IMG/VR virus record: IMGVR_UViG_3300044724_011157 | Span: 1-58,199 of that record | Direction: 5' to 3' (one strand) | DNA length: 58,199 nt | Origin: a virus | Taxonomy: Duplodnaviria; Caudoviricetes | Shown here: piece by piece, positions 1 to 9,710 of the stretch | Numbering within the stretch: position 1 is the stretch's first letter | Layout: each line of letters opens with the position of its first letter | Made by a program: the position numbers and the translations under genes | Notes under the pieces: generated by a model | What the model was told of the DNA's origin: nothing | Databases searched by the model: none | What the model saw: only the letters and a program-made list of their open reading frames with translations

Positions 1-12
1 CAAAAAAAATAA

Positions 13-17
13 GTGTA
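13..17 (+). promoter_or_regulatory. GTGTA element (candidate phage late promoter)
   Basis: GTGTA followed by 10 nt and then the ATG at 28; the same motif and spacing recur before many genes. Confidence 0.6.
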
Positions 18-27
18 ATCTACCTAT

Positions 28-954
28 ATGGTAGAACAACTAAGTGGTGCAGGGCAGAGTGTCAGCGTTAATGACATTCGAAACAAAATCAACGAGATCA
101 TTGATGGAGGTCTTGGTGGTGGCGGAAATATCAGCGTATCTGCGAGCCCCCCTCCCAACGCAGCAGAGGGAGATTTGTGGTATGATGACACATCTGCAGC
201 CCTATATGTATATTATGAAAGTCCTATTTCTGCATGGATACAAACAAATGGCAACGGAGGTGGCGGAACGGCCTTAAAGCTTCAGACATCTGATTCCTCA
301 ACTTTGAGCGGAGGAATCATCATTGACCATAGCGGCAATAAGTTAAGAATTTATGAAAATGGAGGGTCTTTTCGCGGCGCTTATTTAGATCTATCTCAAT
401 GTTTTGCATATCAGGGCACAGACGTGTTGAGTTCAGAGGGCGGAGCGGCAGGAGCAATCAACCACACTCCTGGTGTTCAGAGTTTTTATGCAGATATTTC
501 AGATAAGGATTGTTTTTTTCCTTTGCCTATAAGTTATATTGGTCAAGAAAGAACATTTTTAATTACTGTAGCTGGAACCTGGAGCTCTAATACGGTTTGT
601 TCTGCTTTTTCGGGTGTTTCGCGCACCACATCGATTTTAAATATTAGGCCCGGAATGAATATATCTGGAGGTACAAATTTTCCTGTATCTGTTTCAAGCA
701 TGAATGAGCAAGGTGTACTGCAGGTGCAAAGCACGCCTTTTATTTTCAACAAGGATGCTGCAGGAAGCAGAATTTATACAACTTTTCTTCTTTGGAATTG
801 TCCTGCGACAGCTTTTAGCTTAAACAGAGGATCCTCAACGACTATGCAATCTATAACCGTTACAGATTTAGGTTCTGGCGCAACTGCATTCAATCCTCCC
901 GCAGGCTTCACTGCTGAAGCTTACAATTATTTTTATATTGTATCCTATGAGTAA
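28..954 (+). CDS. putative tail fibre / virion structural protein
   Basis: 308 aa; SASPPPNAAEGDLWYDDTSAALYVYYE...WIQT resembles the GDxWxD fibre module of phage tail proteins; Gly/Ser-rich. Confidence 0.55.
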   Translation: MVEQLSGAGQSVSVNDIRNKINEIIDGGLGGGGNISVSASPPPNAAEGDLWYDDTSAALYVYYESPISAWIQTNGNGGGGTALKLQTSDSSTLSGGIIIDHSGNKLRIYENGGSFRGAYLDLSQCFAYQGTDVLSSEGGAAGAINHTPGVQSFYADISDKDCFFPLPISYIGQERTFLITVAGTWSSNTVCSAFSGVSRTTSILNIRPGMNISGGTNFPVSVSSMNEQGVLQVQSTPFIFNKDAAGSRIYTTFLLWNCPATAFSLNRGSSTTMQSITVTDLGSGATAFNPPAGFTAEAYNYFYIVSYE

Positions 955-956
955 AT

Positions 957-3758
957 ATGAGCGTCAGGCTATCATACGCAGAACTTAAAGGGACCTGGCT
1001 TAAAAGATGGAGATCTGTAGAATCGTATGTCGTCAATAACGTAACTTATCACAGAAATTATCTTGAGGAAACATATTTCTCTCCTTACATTAGACCCAAT
1101 TATCAGTACTCTAATGAGTTTGATAGACCCAGCGATTCGGGTGATAGTGTTCATAGCGCTGCTTTATATTCAATAATTAATGATATTGATTATTTTGATG
1201 TTGGCGGAAAACTATTCAAAAAAAGATGGCAAGATGGTCAGTTAATATTTGATAGATTTTATTCTGAAGGCAACCTTGACCCGGAGCAGCAAGCTCCAAT
1301 ATTAAGTATATTTCCGAATTTTTTGTTCCATAAATATGGGCAGCAGTATGCTCGCGTTCAAGCGATGCGCGGGGTTTCTGCTTTTGATGTTATTGATGGA
1401 GATCTAACGGCTGGGGTTTCTGTTTCTGGTTTGTTGCCTGCTTACGCTGTTGGCGAGCATGAGATTTATTATTCTGTTACAAACTCCAGAGGTTTGACTG
1501 TTAATGGAATGAGGGTAATTAGCGTATTTGTACAGCAAGAATCGATACAGACACTTCCTTGCGGTTTCCTAAATTTCACAATGAATAGTTCATATTTTTT
1601 AAACTATTCTGATGGAAGTATTCTTTCAAAAGAGAAAGAAGAGGAATTGCGATCTGATGAAACAAACCTATGGTTAAGAAAAGAAAATGGGTTTTCTTTG
1701 ATTTCAGAACATGCTTACGATTTAGAAAAAGACGGATTGCCATTGATCATCACAGGTGCGGCGACAATTATTCCTTTCTCTTTGGATACAGAAGAGGGTA
1801 GTACGCTTCTTGTTGACAATGGTAATTTTGCAGAATATGAAATTCTAAGATATGGCGGCCCAAATCATAGCAGTGGTAGCATTGGCGGTATTTATGCCCC
1901 CTTAACGTATCATCGAGAGGGAGAAACAAATAGAAAATACAAACAACAAGAAATTCTAATTCAACATGTTCCCGAGGGTTATTGGAATGTTAATATAAAG
2001 TCTTACCTAAATGGGTCTATTGCTTCTGAGCGATTGTTGTATAGTTTATATTCTTATGTTCCTGCTTGTGATTACACAATAGAGGTATCAAATTCACAAT
2101 GCGGAGATTTGGAATTTAATTTGGGAGAGTCTGTATTGAAAGACAGCCATCCATTTGCTGATGGATCGTATGTCAAATATTATATATATGAAGGATCTCC
2201 ATTTGTGTATAATATTGAAGATAGACAGTTGGATGAAGAGGTCTTTGATAATTTTGTTGCTATTTGCTTAAAGAGAGATAATGGTCAATGCCTGCTCACC
2301 GAACCTGTCGTTTCTGAAATAGAGCCAGAAGGGTATTTCAAGAAACCCGAAGAGCTGGAGTGTTTACTCACCGAATCAAATTTAAAAATAGACGTCGCAG
2401 AAGATTACATTGCGACCGATCAATGTATCGAGCATAAGGCTTTAATTGTTGAACCTATAGAGGTTCAGGAGGTTGATGTTGAGATTCAGCTTGAAGACTC
2501 TATTTCTACTGAAGATTGTGGATTTATTTACGCAGCAAGTCCAAATTACTCTCAATATATAGATAACTACCAGGATCTGTCGGACTATTACAACAACCCG
2601 AATAATGTTTGGGCTTATGATTATTTAATTGGAGATACTACCCCTCTCCCTGTTCAAAGTAGAAGTAAAGCGGAATTTGGGCTGTCTCATTGGTATGCGG
2701 CGGGATATAATGAGGGCAGGAATTTAGCTTATGATTTTGTAGACGCTTTAGAAATCCAGGGTCAAGCCGCGTCAATTATTTGCGAAGTTGAACAAGAAGT
2801 AGATGTTAATGCCGACGCAATCAGGGAATCTCAGCAAATAGGGTCTTTAGTTTCCTATCCTTTACTTACAGAATCTTTTGTGTCTCTCTCTATTTCTGAT
2901 GAAGAAGATTTAGAATTTCAGGGAAGCTTAGAAATATTGGATCTCGAAACGGAGCGTGGTTTTTATATAAATGACGATCTTAGGGGTATAGCTTTAGAGA
3001 GACAAAGTCGTCAAGAGTCAATTGAGACAGAATTAAGTCAACCCCTTTTGGCTTTTGAGCAATTAGATGTAGACCAATTGATGATAGAGTCAAAAAATTT
3101 ACTTTATAGATCTGGGCCAGTATATACGAGCAACTTTTTCCAAACGCTTGATGCGGGAAATTATATTTATATCGTTAATGTATTTAATGATTCTGATGAA
3201 GTGATACGAACTTTTTCAACTCAAAATGAAATAGAGGTATTTGACTGCTCTTGTATTCAAATTGAGGAGGGTTTTTGCTTGACTCATGGGTCGCAAAATT
3301 TGCCTGTATTTTTAGATTTTAATATTATAGATGAAATATTTCAGCCAGATCCGTGTGGGTTGACTATCGAAGCAGATTTTGGATCCTATACTAGTATTGA
3401 GGATATAGATACTAACTTATACCTCAGGACAGAGCGGGACGAAGTTATTTATGTTGCCGGACTTTCGGAATGCATCGCCTTTCAGTTGGAGGAAGAGGCA
3501 GAGGAAGCTTTAACGTTTGCCTATTTAAATAGTCTTTCTGCCGCAACTCCTTGTGAGCTGCAAAGGTTTGAATTGGAGGGCTTGCTAAACCAGGGGTCGT
3601 CAGACATAGAGATTAAGGTAAATATTTTTCTAGAAACTGAAATATACGAGTTTTCCCTAACAACCGAAGATTGCGAACCTTTGCTACCGAAGTCAAATGA
3701 CCGAAGCATTCACTTGGGGGAATTGTATGTTGAGTCTCCTGATTTAATTTATGTATAA
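957..3758 (+). CDS. large acidic virion structural protein with Ig-like (DUF5011-like) domain and LxTE repeats
   Basis: 933 aa; GVSAFDVIDGDLT...VGEHEIYYSVTNSRG...RVISV is DUF5011-like; repeated LLTE/ISTE/LETE/LRTE/LTTE motifs; YxxxYxDL...HW...GxxEGR module. Confidence 0.5.
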   Translation: MSVRLSYAELKGTWLKRWRSVESYVVNNVTYHRNYLEETYFSPYIRPNYQYSNEFDRPSDSGDSVHSAALYSIINDIDYFDVGGKLFKKRWQDGQLIFDRFYSEGNLDPEQQAPILSIFPNFLFHKYGQQYARVQAMRGVSAFDVIDGDLTAGVSVSGLLPAYAVGEHEIYYSVTNSRGLTVNGMRVISVFVQQESIQTLPCGFLNFTMNSSYFLNYSDGSILSKEKEEELRSDETNLWLRKENGFSLISEHAYDLEKDGLPLIITGAATIIPFSLDTEEGSTLLVDNGNFAEYEILRYGGPNHSSGSIGGIYAPLTYHREGETNRKYKQQEILIQHVPEGYWNVNIKSYLNGSIASERLLYSLYSYVPACDYTIEVSNSQCGDLEFNLGESVLKDSHPFADGSYVKYYIYEGSPFVYNIEDRQLDEEVFDNFVAICLKRDNGQCLLTEPVVSEIEPEGYFKKPEELECLLTESNLKIDVAEDYIATDQCIEHKALIVEPIEVQEVDVEIQLEDSISTEDCGFIYAASPNYSQYIDNYQDLSDYYNNPNNVWAYDYLIGDTTPLPVQSRSKAEFGLSHWYAAGYNEGRNLAYDFVDALEIQGQAASIICEVEQEVDVNADAIRESQQIGSLVSYPLLTESFVSLSISDEEDLEFQGSLEILDLETERGFYINDDLRGIALERQSRQESIETELSQPLLAFEQLDVDQLMIESKNLLYRSGPVYTSNFFQTLDAGNYIYIVNVFNDSDEVIRTFSTQNEIEVFDCSCIQIEEGFCLTHGSQNLPVFLDFNIIDEIFQPDPCGLTIEADFGSYTSIEDIDTNLYLRTERDEVIYVAGLSECIAFQLEEEAEEALTFAYLNSLSAATPCELQRFELEGLLNQGSSDIEIKVNIFLETEIYEFSLTTEDCEPLLPKSNDRSIHLGELYVESPDLIYV

Positions 3759-3786
3759 ATAAAAATTTTAAGCTTTATAATAAAGA

Positions 3787-3791
3787 GTGTA
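3787..3791 (+). promoter_or_regulatory. GTGTA element (candidate late promoter)
   Basis: Intergenic, 38 nt upstream of the ATG at 3830, which is longer than the usual spacing. Confidence 0.45.
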
Positions 3792-3829
3792 TACGTATGA
3801 AGCACGTTAACTAAAATTAAATTTAAAAT

Positions 3830-5287
3830 ATGACAAAAATAAGCGAACTCGGTCAAACCCCTCAAGTTTCCTCTAGTGATCAATTTGTGGTTGTTCAAGG
3901 AGGAACAACTTATAATGTAACAGCTGGAATCCTGCAAGGTTTTATTTCTGGAAGCACTGGTTCTTCGGGGGGCAGTCAAACACCTCTTCCCACTCAAAAT
4001 GCTGTACCATTTATACAAAAAGAAAGTTGTTACGGAACGGTAAGGAAAGTCAGTATTGTAAACGGTGGAAGTGGTTGGGGTACGAATCACAATAATAGAG
4101 TGTTCAAATGTATACATCAAAGTTTGAGATATTCTGAACCTTCTAATTCAAATTACAGCGCAAAACCTTTCTTGGCTAGAGGTTGTGAGGTGCAGGTTTC
4201 TACTACATCAAGTGGAGGGGGACAGGTAGATAGTTTAAGAATTGTCATGCCTGGACAATTATATCGAGTAGGAGATATTTTAGCTATTTCAAATATTACT
4301 GGAGATATGGATGAAACTTCTCCAAACTCCACAGTTACCGGACCAAGCGCTTTACCGCAAATTCGCGTTGATGACGTTGAGCCTTTTATGACGGGAAATC
4401 ATGCAGGTCTACAGCATATGGGTAGCGCAAATCCTTGGGTCATGACAAATTCTTCTTGGGGAGACCCAATGACAACTTTGACTAGTTGGACCAATCAGTT
4501 TTTAAACCCCCAAAGAACAAATTTAGAAACTGTAAATTGGGCGGATGGTTATGCTATTGAAATGGCTGCATGCTGGAAAGCGAGCATGTATATGCGTTAT
4601 AGTTGTAGCGATTCCAATCAATATGACACTTTTAATGCTTACGGAGATGGTGCAGGGAATTTTCATCCCTATTCTGAGGCCAACCACTTGGGCGTCGGAA
4701 CTGCCGCTAGAGTTCCGCCAATACTTTCTAGCGATGCTTACCATTGCGATGTAATGTTGCCCGGCACTTGGTTTGTGGGGGGAGCTACGATAGCAGGAGG
4801 TGCACAGTACATGAGTACTTCAACAAGAGTAACAAACTCATCTTTTCCTGATGAAATGCAATCAGTAACAAATCCCGTTACTGATGCTCTATGGCCCACG
4901 AATAGATTTATTTTCAATAAACATCAGTTGGCTGGTAAAGTATATGGAGGAATGCCTTTATACTCTTCAGGTTTCGATAATTACGGCTATGGAAGCGGTG
5001 TACATCAAGGTATAAACTTAACAACTCCCTTGCAAATGACTCGCAGCGAATTACCAGGCGATATTGCTGATGATATAGTAAGCGGCACTGAAGTTTTGGG
5101 CCAAAGTGGTCAGCATGGAATTTGGACCGCTTCTAAAAGCAAATATGATACTTCGACTCAAGGAAGAAGCACGAATCCCAAAGCAAATCGATCGATTGTT
5201 ATTCCTAGGACCGGATACGAGCACTATACATGCGGTTTTTATTTGATCAATATAGATGATTTGCTTCCTGAATATCAAGCAATTTAA
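3830..5287 (+). CDS. putative tail/fibre protein (paralogue A)
   Basis: 485 aa; N-terminal MTKISEL..D.F.V.Q.GTTYN anchor motif; GGSGW and PGQLYRVGDIL beta motifs; visibly paralogous to the next ORF. Confidence 0.55.
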   Translation: MTKISELGQTPQVSSSDQFVVVQGGTTYNVTAGILQGFISGSTGSSGGSQTPLPTQNAVPFIQKESCYGTVRKVSIVNGGSGWGTNHNNRVFKCIHQSLRYSEPSNSNYSAKPFLARGCEVQVSTTSSGGGQVDSLRIVMPGQLYRVGDILAISNITGDMDETSPNSTVTGPSALPQIRVDDVEPFMTGNHAGLQHMGSANPWVMTNSSWGDPMTTLTSWTNQFLNPQRTNLETVNWADGYAIEMAACWKASMYMRYSCSDSNQYDTFNAYGDGAGNFHPYSEANHLGVGTAARVPPILSSDAYHCDVMLPGTWFVGGATIAGGAQYMSTSTRVTNSSFPDEMQSVTNPVTDALWPTNRFIFNKHQLAGKVYGGMPLYSSGFDNYGYGSGVHQGINLTTPLQMTRSELPGDIADDIVSGTEVLGQSGQHGIWTASKSKYDTSTQGRSTNPKANRSIVIPRTGYEHYTCGFYLINIDDLLPEYQAI

Positions 5288-5292
5288 ATAAA

Positions 5293-6852
5293 ATGACTAA
5301 AATCAGTCAACTCACTTCTATTTCTAATGTTAGCGATGACGATTTGTTTGTGGTTTCTCAACAAGGGACAACTTATAATACTCGCGCTGATCTTATAAAA
5401 TCTTTTGTAAATGGAGGTCTTTCGGGAGATTTGAGTGTTGGTACTCCGAACCCAAATCAATATGCAACGCCTTATGCTCAGAAAAATATTGCTTATGGTA
5501 TTCCAAGCGCTGTAGAAATTCTTCCTGGAAACGAAGGGGCTGGTTATACAGATGGAAATTTCAATAATGAAATTGTTGCCTGTGCGCATGACGCCCTTGT
5601 ATATCAACCTCCCACTGGGGAGCTTGCTTCAACAAAACATGATGCTTCAGACTACTTGGCTCGCGGGCTTGAAGTAAAACTAACCATTTCGGGTGGTAGT
5701 TTATCTGCTGTCAGAATTACCCAGCCTGGCCAGCTATACAGAATAGGAGATATACTGGAAGTTACAAACCTGAGAGGGCAGACGAGTCCCTCTTCTCCGG
5801 GAACAGAAATTATAAAAGGTAGTGGATTTGTTCCTGCTAGAATAAGGGTAGTAGATATAGAACCCTTCATGAATCCTGGAGGTGGGAGTCCAGCGCACTC
5901 AAATTTCGGCTCTTGTAACGGCTGGATACAAACTGATCCTAGATTCGGAGATCCATTAAACAATTTAGAAAACTTTGACAGCAACAAAGGTTTAAATCCA
6001 TTAAATCCTACAAATTATCCTGTAAATTTGTCAGAAGGAGAGTTTCCTGTTATGGAGGCAGATTGGGCTTCCACCATTTTTAAGGTTTGGGACAACAACA
6101 CGACCACTGTTGAGCAGCCTGATACGGCTTACGGTTGGAACGAACCCACTGGAATACCTGGTGCGAATTGGGCAGGCTTATCAACGAGTTGTGTGAGTCA
6201 GGCTTATCCTCCCTGCCCCAGGCAAGCAGGAACTGGCGTAGATTGGTTGATCGCGGAAATTCCAGGAACATGGCTGCTGGGCGGAGCAGGATTGACTATT
6301 CAAGGAGGAGTCAATACTTGGCCTGACTTTCCGAGTTTTAACTATACAGGTAGTTTTGAATATTTTACCTCTGCAGGCAATCGTCAGACAAGTGATGGTA
6401 CATATTCATCTGTTCTTCCGGGTTCGAGGTACGTGTTTAATGAGTGGAATAAATTATCTGGAGCGGTTCATGGAGGAATTCCACTGAAGGGGGCTCAGCC
6501 AAAATACCACTACTATTTGAGTGGCAGCTATAGTGGTTATGCGACGTCCGGCCTTGAGAGCGGTTTCAATTTAATGAAGAGCATTTCAATGACAAAAGAT
6601 GATATTTTTACTGAAGTCAGAAATGTTGTGGAAGGAGGAGTAAATGTAGGAGGAGTTGTTAAAAAAGGAATTTGGCAACCTAGATTAGAAAAGTTTCCTG
6701 GGACTACAGATTCTCACGGAAAGGGCTTTGCTCATGATTCAAAAAAGAATATAAACTGCCCTGGTTACACAGCCTGGAGCTACCGAGTGTACCACCAAGT
6801 TGGGTTTTTCTTGTTTGATGTAAAAGATATGATGCCTGAAGTTTCTGCTTGA
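5293..6852 (+). CDS. putative tail/fibre protein (paralogue B)
   Basis: 519 aa; shares MTKIS.L, LARG.EV, PGQLYR.GDIL, EPFM, GDP, PGTW..GGA and G.V.GG.PL with 3830..5287. Confidence 0.55.
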   Translation: MTKISQLTSISNVSDDDLFVVSQQGTTYNTRADLIKSFVNGGLSGDLSVGTPNPNQYATPYAQKNIAYGIPSAVEILPGNEGAGYTDGNFNNEIVACAHDALVYQPPTGELASTKHDASDYLARGLEVKLTISGGSLSAVRITQPGQLYRIGDILEVTNLRGQTSPSSPGTEIIKGSGFVPARIRVVDIEPFMNPGGGSPAHSNFGSCNGWIQTDPRFGDPLNNLENFDSNKGLNPLNPTNYPVNLSEGEFPVMEADWASTIFKVWDNNTTTVEQPDTAYGWNEPTGIPGANWAGLSTSCVSQAYPPCPRQAGTGVDWLIAEIPGTWLLGGAGLTIQGGVNTWPDFPSFNYTGSFEYFTSAGNRQTSDGTYSSVLPGSRYVFNEWNKLSGAVHGGIPLKGAQPKYHYYLSGSYSGYATSGLESGFNLMKSISMTKDDIFTEVRNVVEGGVNVGGVVKKGIWQPRLEKFPGTTDSHGKGFAHDSKKNINCPGYTAWSYRVYHQVGFFLFDVKDMMPEVSA

Positions 6853-7073
6853 TAGTGAAAAAAATTCTTCGTGATATTATCTACAGGGCTCAAAGCGGGC
6901 AACATTTAAACGAAAACGAAAAATTTATATACGACGAATGGACAACCAAGCAAAAAAGTCGCGGCCTGGGTGATACAATTGCAAAAACAACAGAAAAACT
7001 AGGAATTCCACAGTGTGGCTCATGCAAACAGCGCCAGCAAAAATTAAACAAAATATTTCCGTATAAAAAATAA
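6849..7073 (+). CDS. small conserved phage protein with CxxC
   Basis: TTG start overlapping the upstream stop; SRGLGDTIAK...CGSCKQRQQKLN motif familiar from aquatic phages. Confidence 0.6.
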   Translation: MIVKKILRDIIYRAQSGQHLNENEKFIYDEWTTKQKSRGLGDTIAKTTEKLGIPQCGSCKQRQQKLNKIFPYKK

Positions 7074-7074
7074 A

Positions 7075-7079
7075 GTGTA
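7075..7079 (+). promoter_or_regulatory. GTGTA element (candidate late promoter)
   Basis: 9 nt before the ATG at 7089. Confidence 0.6.
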
Positions 7080-7088
7080 AGCATTTAC

Positions 7089-7400
7089 ATGCTTTTGATT
7101 ATCGATTCTTGCTTGTGTGAGCCGCCAAGCGAAATTGCTTGTTTTCGCGATATTACTTTGTACGCAAAAAACTTTGTTTTTGAAGATGTTTTATTGCGTT
7201 GTCCTCCGGGAACTCGATCAATGTATTGGGATTGGTTGAAGGGTTATGGCGCACATGATTTTGTGGATTACTTGATTCGCGCAAGCGAAAAACAGCGCGG
7301 GTACGTAATCTCGGATGCTTCTCCGGCAAACATAGTTGTAGATAGAATAAGCTGTGAAAACTTATCTTATCTTGTTTCTAGGTTACGATCCTGCGGTTGA
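7089..7400 (+). CDS. hypothetical protein (possibly degenerate HAD-like fold)
   Basis: 103 aa ORF with a GTGTA-positioned ATG; LIID start and WL..YG...FVD only weakly resemble HAD proteins. Confidence 0.5.
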   Translation: MLLIIDSCLCEPPSEIACFRDITLYAKNFVFEDVLLRCPPGTRSMYWDWLKGYGAHDFVDYLIRASEKQRGYVISDASPANIVVDRISCENLSYLVSRLRSCG

Positions 7401-7622
7401 GGCTTTTACTTGAGCCACAAGTTTATCAAATTCATCGTCGGGCATTTCTTCTACTACTTTTTTGGCTTTTACTTTTGCTTGATTTTCTACTAATTGTAGG
7501 AATATTTTAATTGGAATAGAGTCTAAAGCATCCGCTACGGTCGCTTTGTCCATGATTTCGGCGCATATGTACTCTATGAGCTTTTCTTGGTCTTGTGTGT
7601 TTCTTGTTGTTTTAGTTTCCAT
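7383..7622 (-). CDS. hypothetical protein
   Basis: 79 aa helical ORF whose start overlaps the small membrane gene upstream. Confidence 0.55.
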   Translation of the reverse strand: METKTTRNTQDQEKLIEYICAEIMDKATVADALDSIPIKIFLQLVENQAKVKAKKVVEEMPDDEFDKLVAQVKASTAGS

Positions 7623-7755
7623 GATATATAATTTTACTTTGAAGTTCTATAATTTTTTCTTTTTGATTTTCGATTAATTTTTGTTGATCTAAAATAAACC
7701 AGCCCATATAAAATATCAATAATAGTAGACTAACCAATGTAAGATGCTTGTTCAT
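7612..7755 (-). CDS. small membrane-anchored coiled-coil protein (not in ORF track)
   Basis: Hand translation gives MNKHLTLVSLLLLIFYMGWFILDQQKLIENQKEKIIELQSKIIYHGN* (47 aa): one TM helix plus coiled coil. Confidence 0.6.
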   Translation of the reverse strand: MNKHLTLVSLLLLIFYMGWFILDQQKLIENQKEKIIELQSKIIYHGN

Positions 7756-7886
7756 GAAATATTATAATGTATAATATTGTAAATTATAGTGTTTTTGATA
7801 AAAAGAATATATATTGTGCAGAAAGGTTCTGCAACGATCTAATTAATTTGAGATATTCCCTGTAAAGTTTACAATATTATTTGTGA

Positions 7887-7891
7887 GTGTA
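7887..7891 (+). promoter_or_regulatory. GTGTA element (candidate late promoter)
   Basis: 10 nt before the ATG at 7902. Confidence 0.6.
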
Positions 7892-7901
7892 TAATAATTA
7901 A

Positions 7902-9710
7902 ATGCCTGTAGAAACTGTACAAATTCATAACCTCCCCGAGCAATCAGCTGAAGATTTCTCTCCTTCCGAAGACTTATTTCTTGTTCATAAGAACTCAGGC
8001 AATGAGGCTCAAAAGGGAACCTATAAATCTAGTTTCGCAGATTTAATCGATCACCAAAATATTCATTTACCAGGATCAACCGATTGGGAGTGGAATTTTT
8101 TAGATGACCCCGTAACCGTTGTACCTTATACAAAAGGAGACTTGGGGATAAATCCAGGATCAGTAGATGGATTTCAAAATGCCTTAGATGTTCCGGTTTG
8201 GTCTTCCGACTCAAGGTGGGGTGGTAGATGGGATCCCTTGCTGTCTAATATAAATTTTTCAGAAAAATCAAAAAACGCCCAAGGTATACCTTCCATACCA
8301 AAGGCGGCAAAAAACTTTTTAATGGTAGCCTTTACTAGAAATTGCGACCTTCACCTCGGGGGCCCAAAAGGAAGGGTCTTGGTTCACTCTCCCGAGGACG
8401 AATATACGCCTGTTTTGAATGGCGGTTTATACGCTTTACCAAACGGAAAGATACAAAGCTTGGGACCTCAACCTTACGCAAGAGGTTGGACCAGCAAGGC
8501 TGTAGAAAAAATGTTTATAATTAACGACGTAAAGTATCCAGACTATAATCTTCAATATCCCTCAGGGAAATCCGAAATCAATAATCCTGGCTCAGAGTTT
8601 GGGGATGGAGACGACATAAATGCGGTCGGTCATTCTTTTGCTATAAGAATGAAGGTTGGAACATCATTAAGTACAAAAATGATAAATATGCTGAGGGGAG
8701 GAAGCAGGCGAACAAAATCTAGCGATTATGCCCGGTTATCTATGCCTGTACCAAGCAACATACTAGACAGGATATGGAACGGCGCAGTGAACACATATAA
8801 CACAGTCGTAGATATTGGATCGTCTATAGGCTCGAATGTTTATAACGCAGGAGTGAGCGCATTTCAAGGAATTGGCGCAGGAGTAAATTACATTACCAGT
8901 GGAATTGGAAATTTCTCTCACAATGCTATTTCTGGAGCCGGAGAATTTATTGGCGGAACTATAAATTTTATTGTGCCTGGAGATATTGGAGATTATCTTG
9001 ACAACTCAATCGTTGATTTGAGCGCGGGTTTGGGAGATGCATTTCTAACCCTAGACTATGTAGGTAATGCATTTGAGTCATTGACTCAGGGAGATTTTTC
9101 TGGAGCGGTTGGAGATCTTACTGCGGGAGTAAAAAATGTATTTAACGCTCCAATACAAGGGTTAATAAATTTTGGAGACAATACCCTCAATCTTTTCAAA
9201 AAATATGGCGTAGACTCAACTCCCCAATCTGGACTCGATCCAAAGCAAACATTAGCTTCTTTCTTTGCTGATACAAATCAAAGCGACGTCAGTGAAGATT
9301 CTCAATATTTATTTTCAGAAGGAAAGAATCTTATGAAGGCCCTTGGTGATTTAGTTACCCTGCCGTTTGATGTTGTCGAGGGTATTTTAGGTTATATAGA
9401 CAAGGGATTTGATATGCTCGAAGATGGAGCTCGAGCTTTTTTGAATGAGTTCAGTGGATCTAAATGGGGAGATAAGCTATTTGGCCCAGAAGAAGCAAGT
9501 GTTCCAGGCAGTTCCGAAGAAGCGATGCTAAGTCATGCAGACAAGATAGAGCAAGCTGTAAACCTTATGCACTTCCAGCGAGAATGGGTGCTAGATAGCG
9601 TAATGACTGGAAGCATGGGATATTATACAGTTCCAGTTCCTATAGGGCAGTTAAATTATCATGTAGCCAGCTGGGAAATATTTTATATAAAAGTTATAGC
9701 TTACAACTAA
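7902..9710 (+). CDS. putative virion protein with Gly-rich amphipathic helical insertion
   Basis: 602 aa; N-terminal anchor motif, IPKAAKNFLMVA and C-terminal IKVIAYN shared in pattern with the next two ORFs; central tape-measure-like segment. Confidence 0.5.
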   Translation: MPVETVQIHNLPEQSAEDFSPSEDLFLVHKNSGNEAQKGTYKSSFADLIDHQNIHLPGSTDWEWNFLDDPVTVVPYTKGDLGINPGSVDGFQNALDVPVWSSDSRWGGRWDPLLSNINFSEKSKNAQGIPSIPKAAKNFLMVAFTRNCDLHLGGPKGRVLVHSPEDEYTPVLNGGLYALPNGKIQSLGPQPYARGWTSKAVEKMFIINDVKYPDYNLQYPSGKSEINNPGSEFGDGDDINAVGHSFAIRMKVGTSLSTKMINMLRGGSRRTKSSDYARLSMPVPSNILDRIWNGAVNTYNTVVDIGSSIGSNVYNAGVSAFQGIGAGVNYITSGIGNFSHNAISGAGEFIGGTINFIVPGDIGDYLDNSIVDLSAGLGDAFLTLDYVGNAFESLTQGDFSGAVGDLTAGVKNVFNAPIQGLINFGDNTLNLFKKYGVDSTPQSGLDPKQTLASFFADTNQSDVSEDSQYLFSEGKNLMKALGDLVTLPFDVVEGILGYIDKGFDMLEDGARAFLNEFSGSKWGDKLFGPEEASVPGSSEEAMLSHADKIEQAVNLMHFQREWVLDSVMTGSMGYYTVPVPIGQLNYHVASWEIFYIKVIAYN

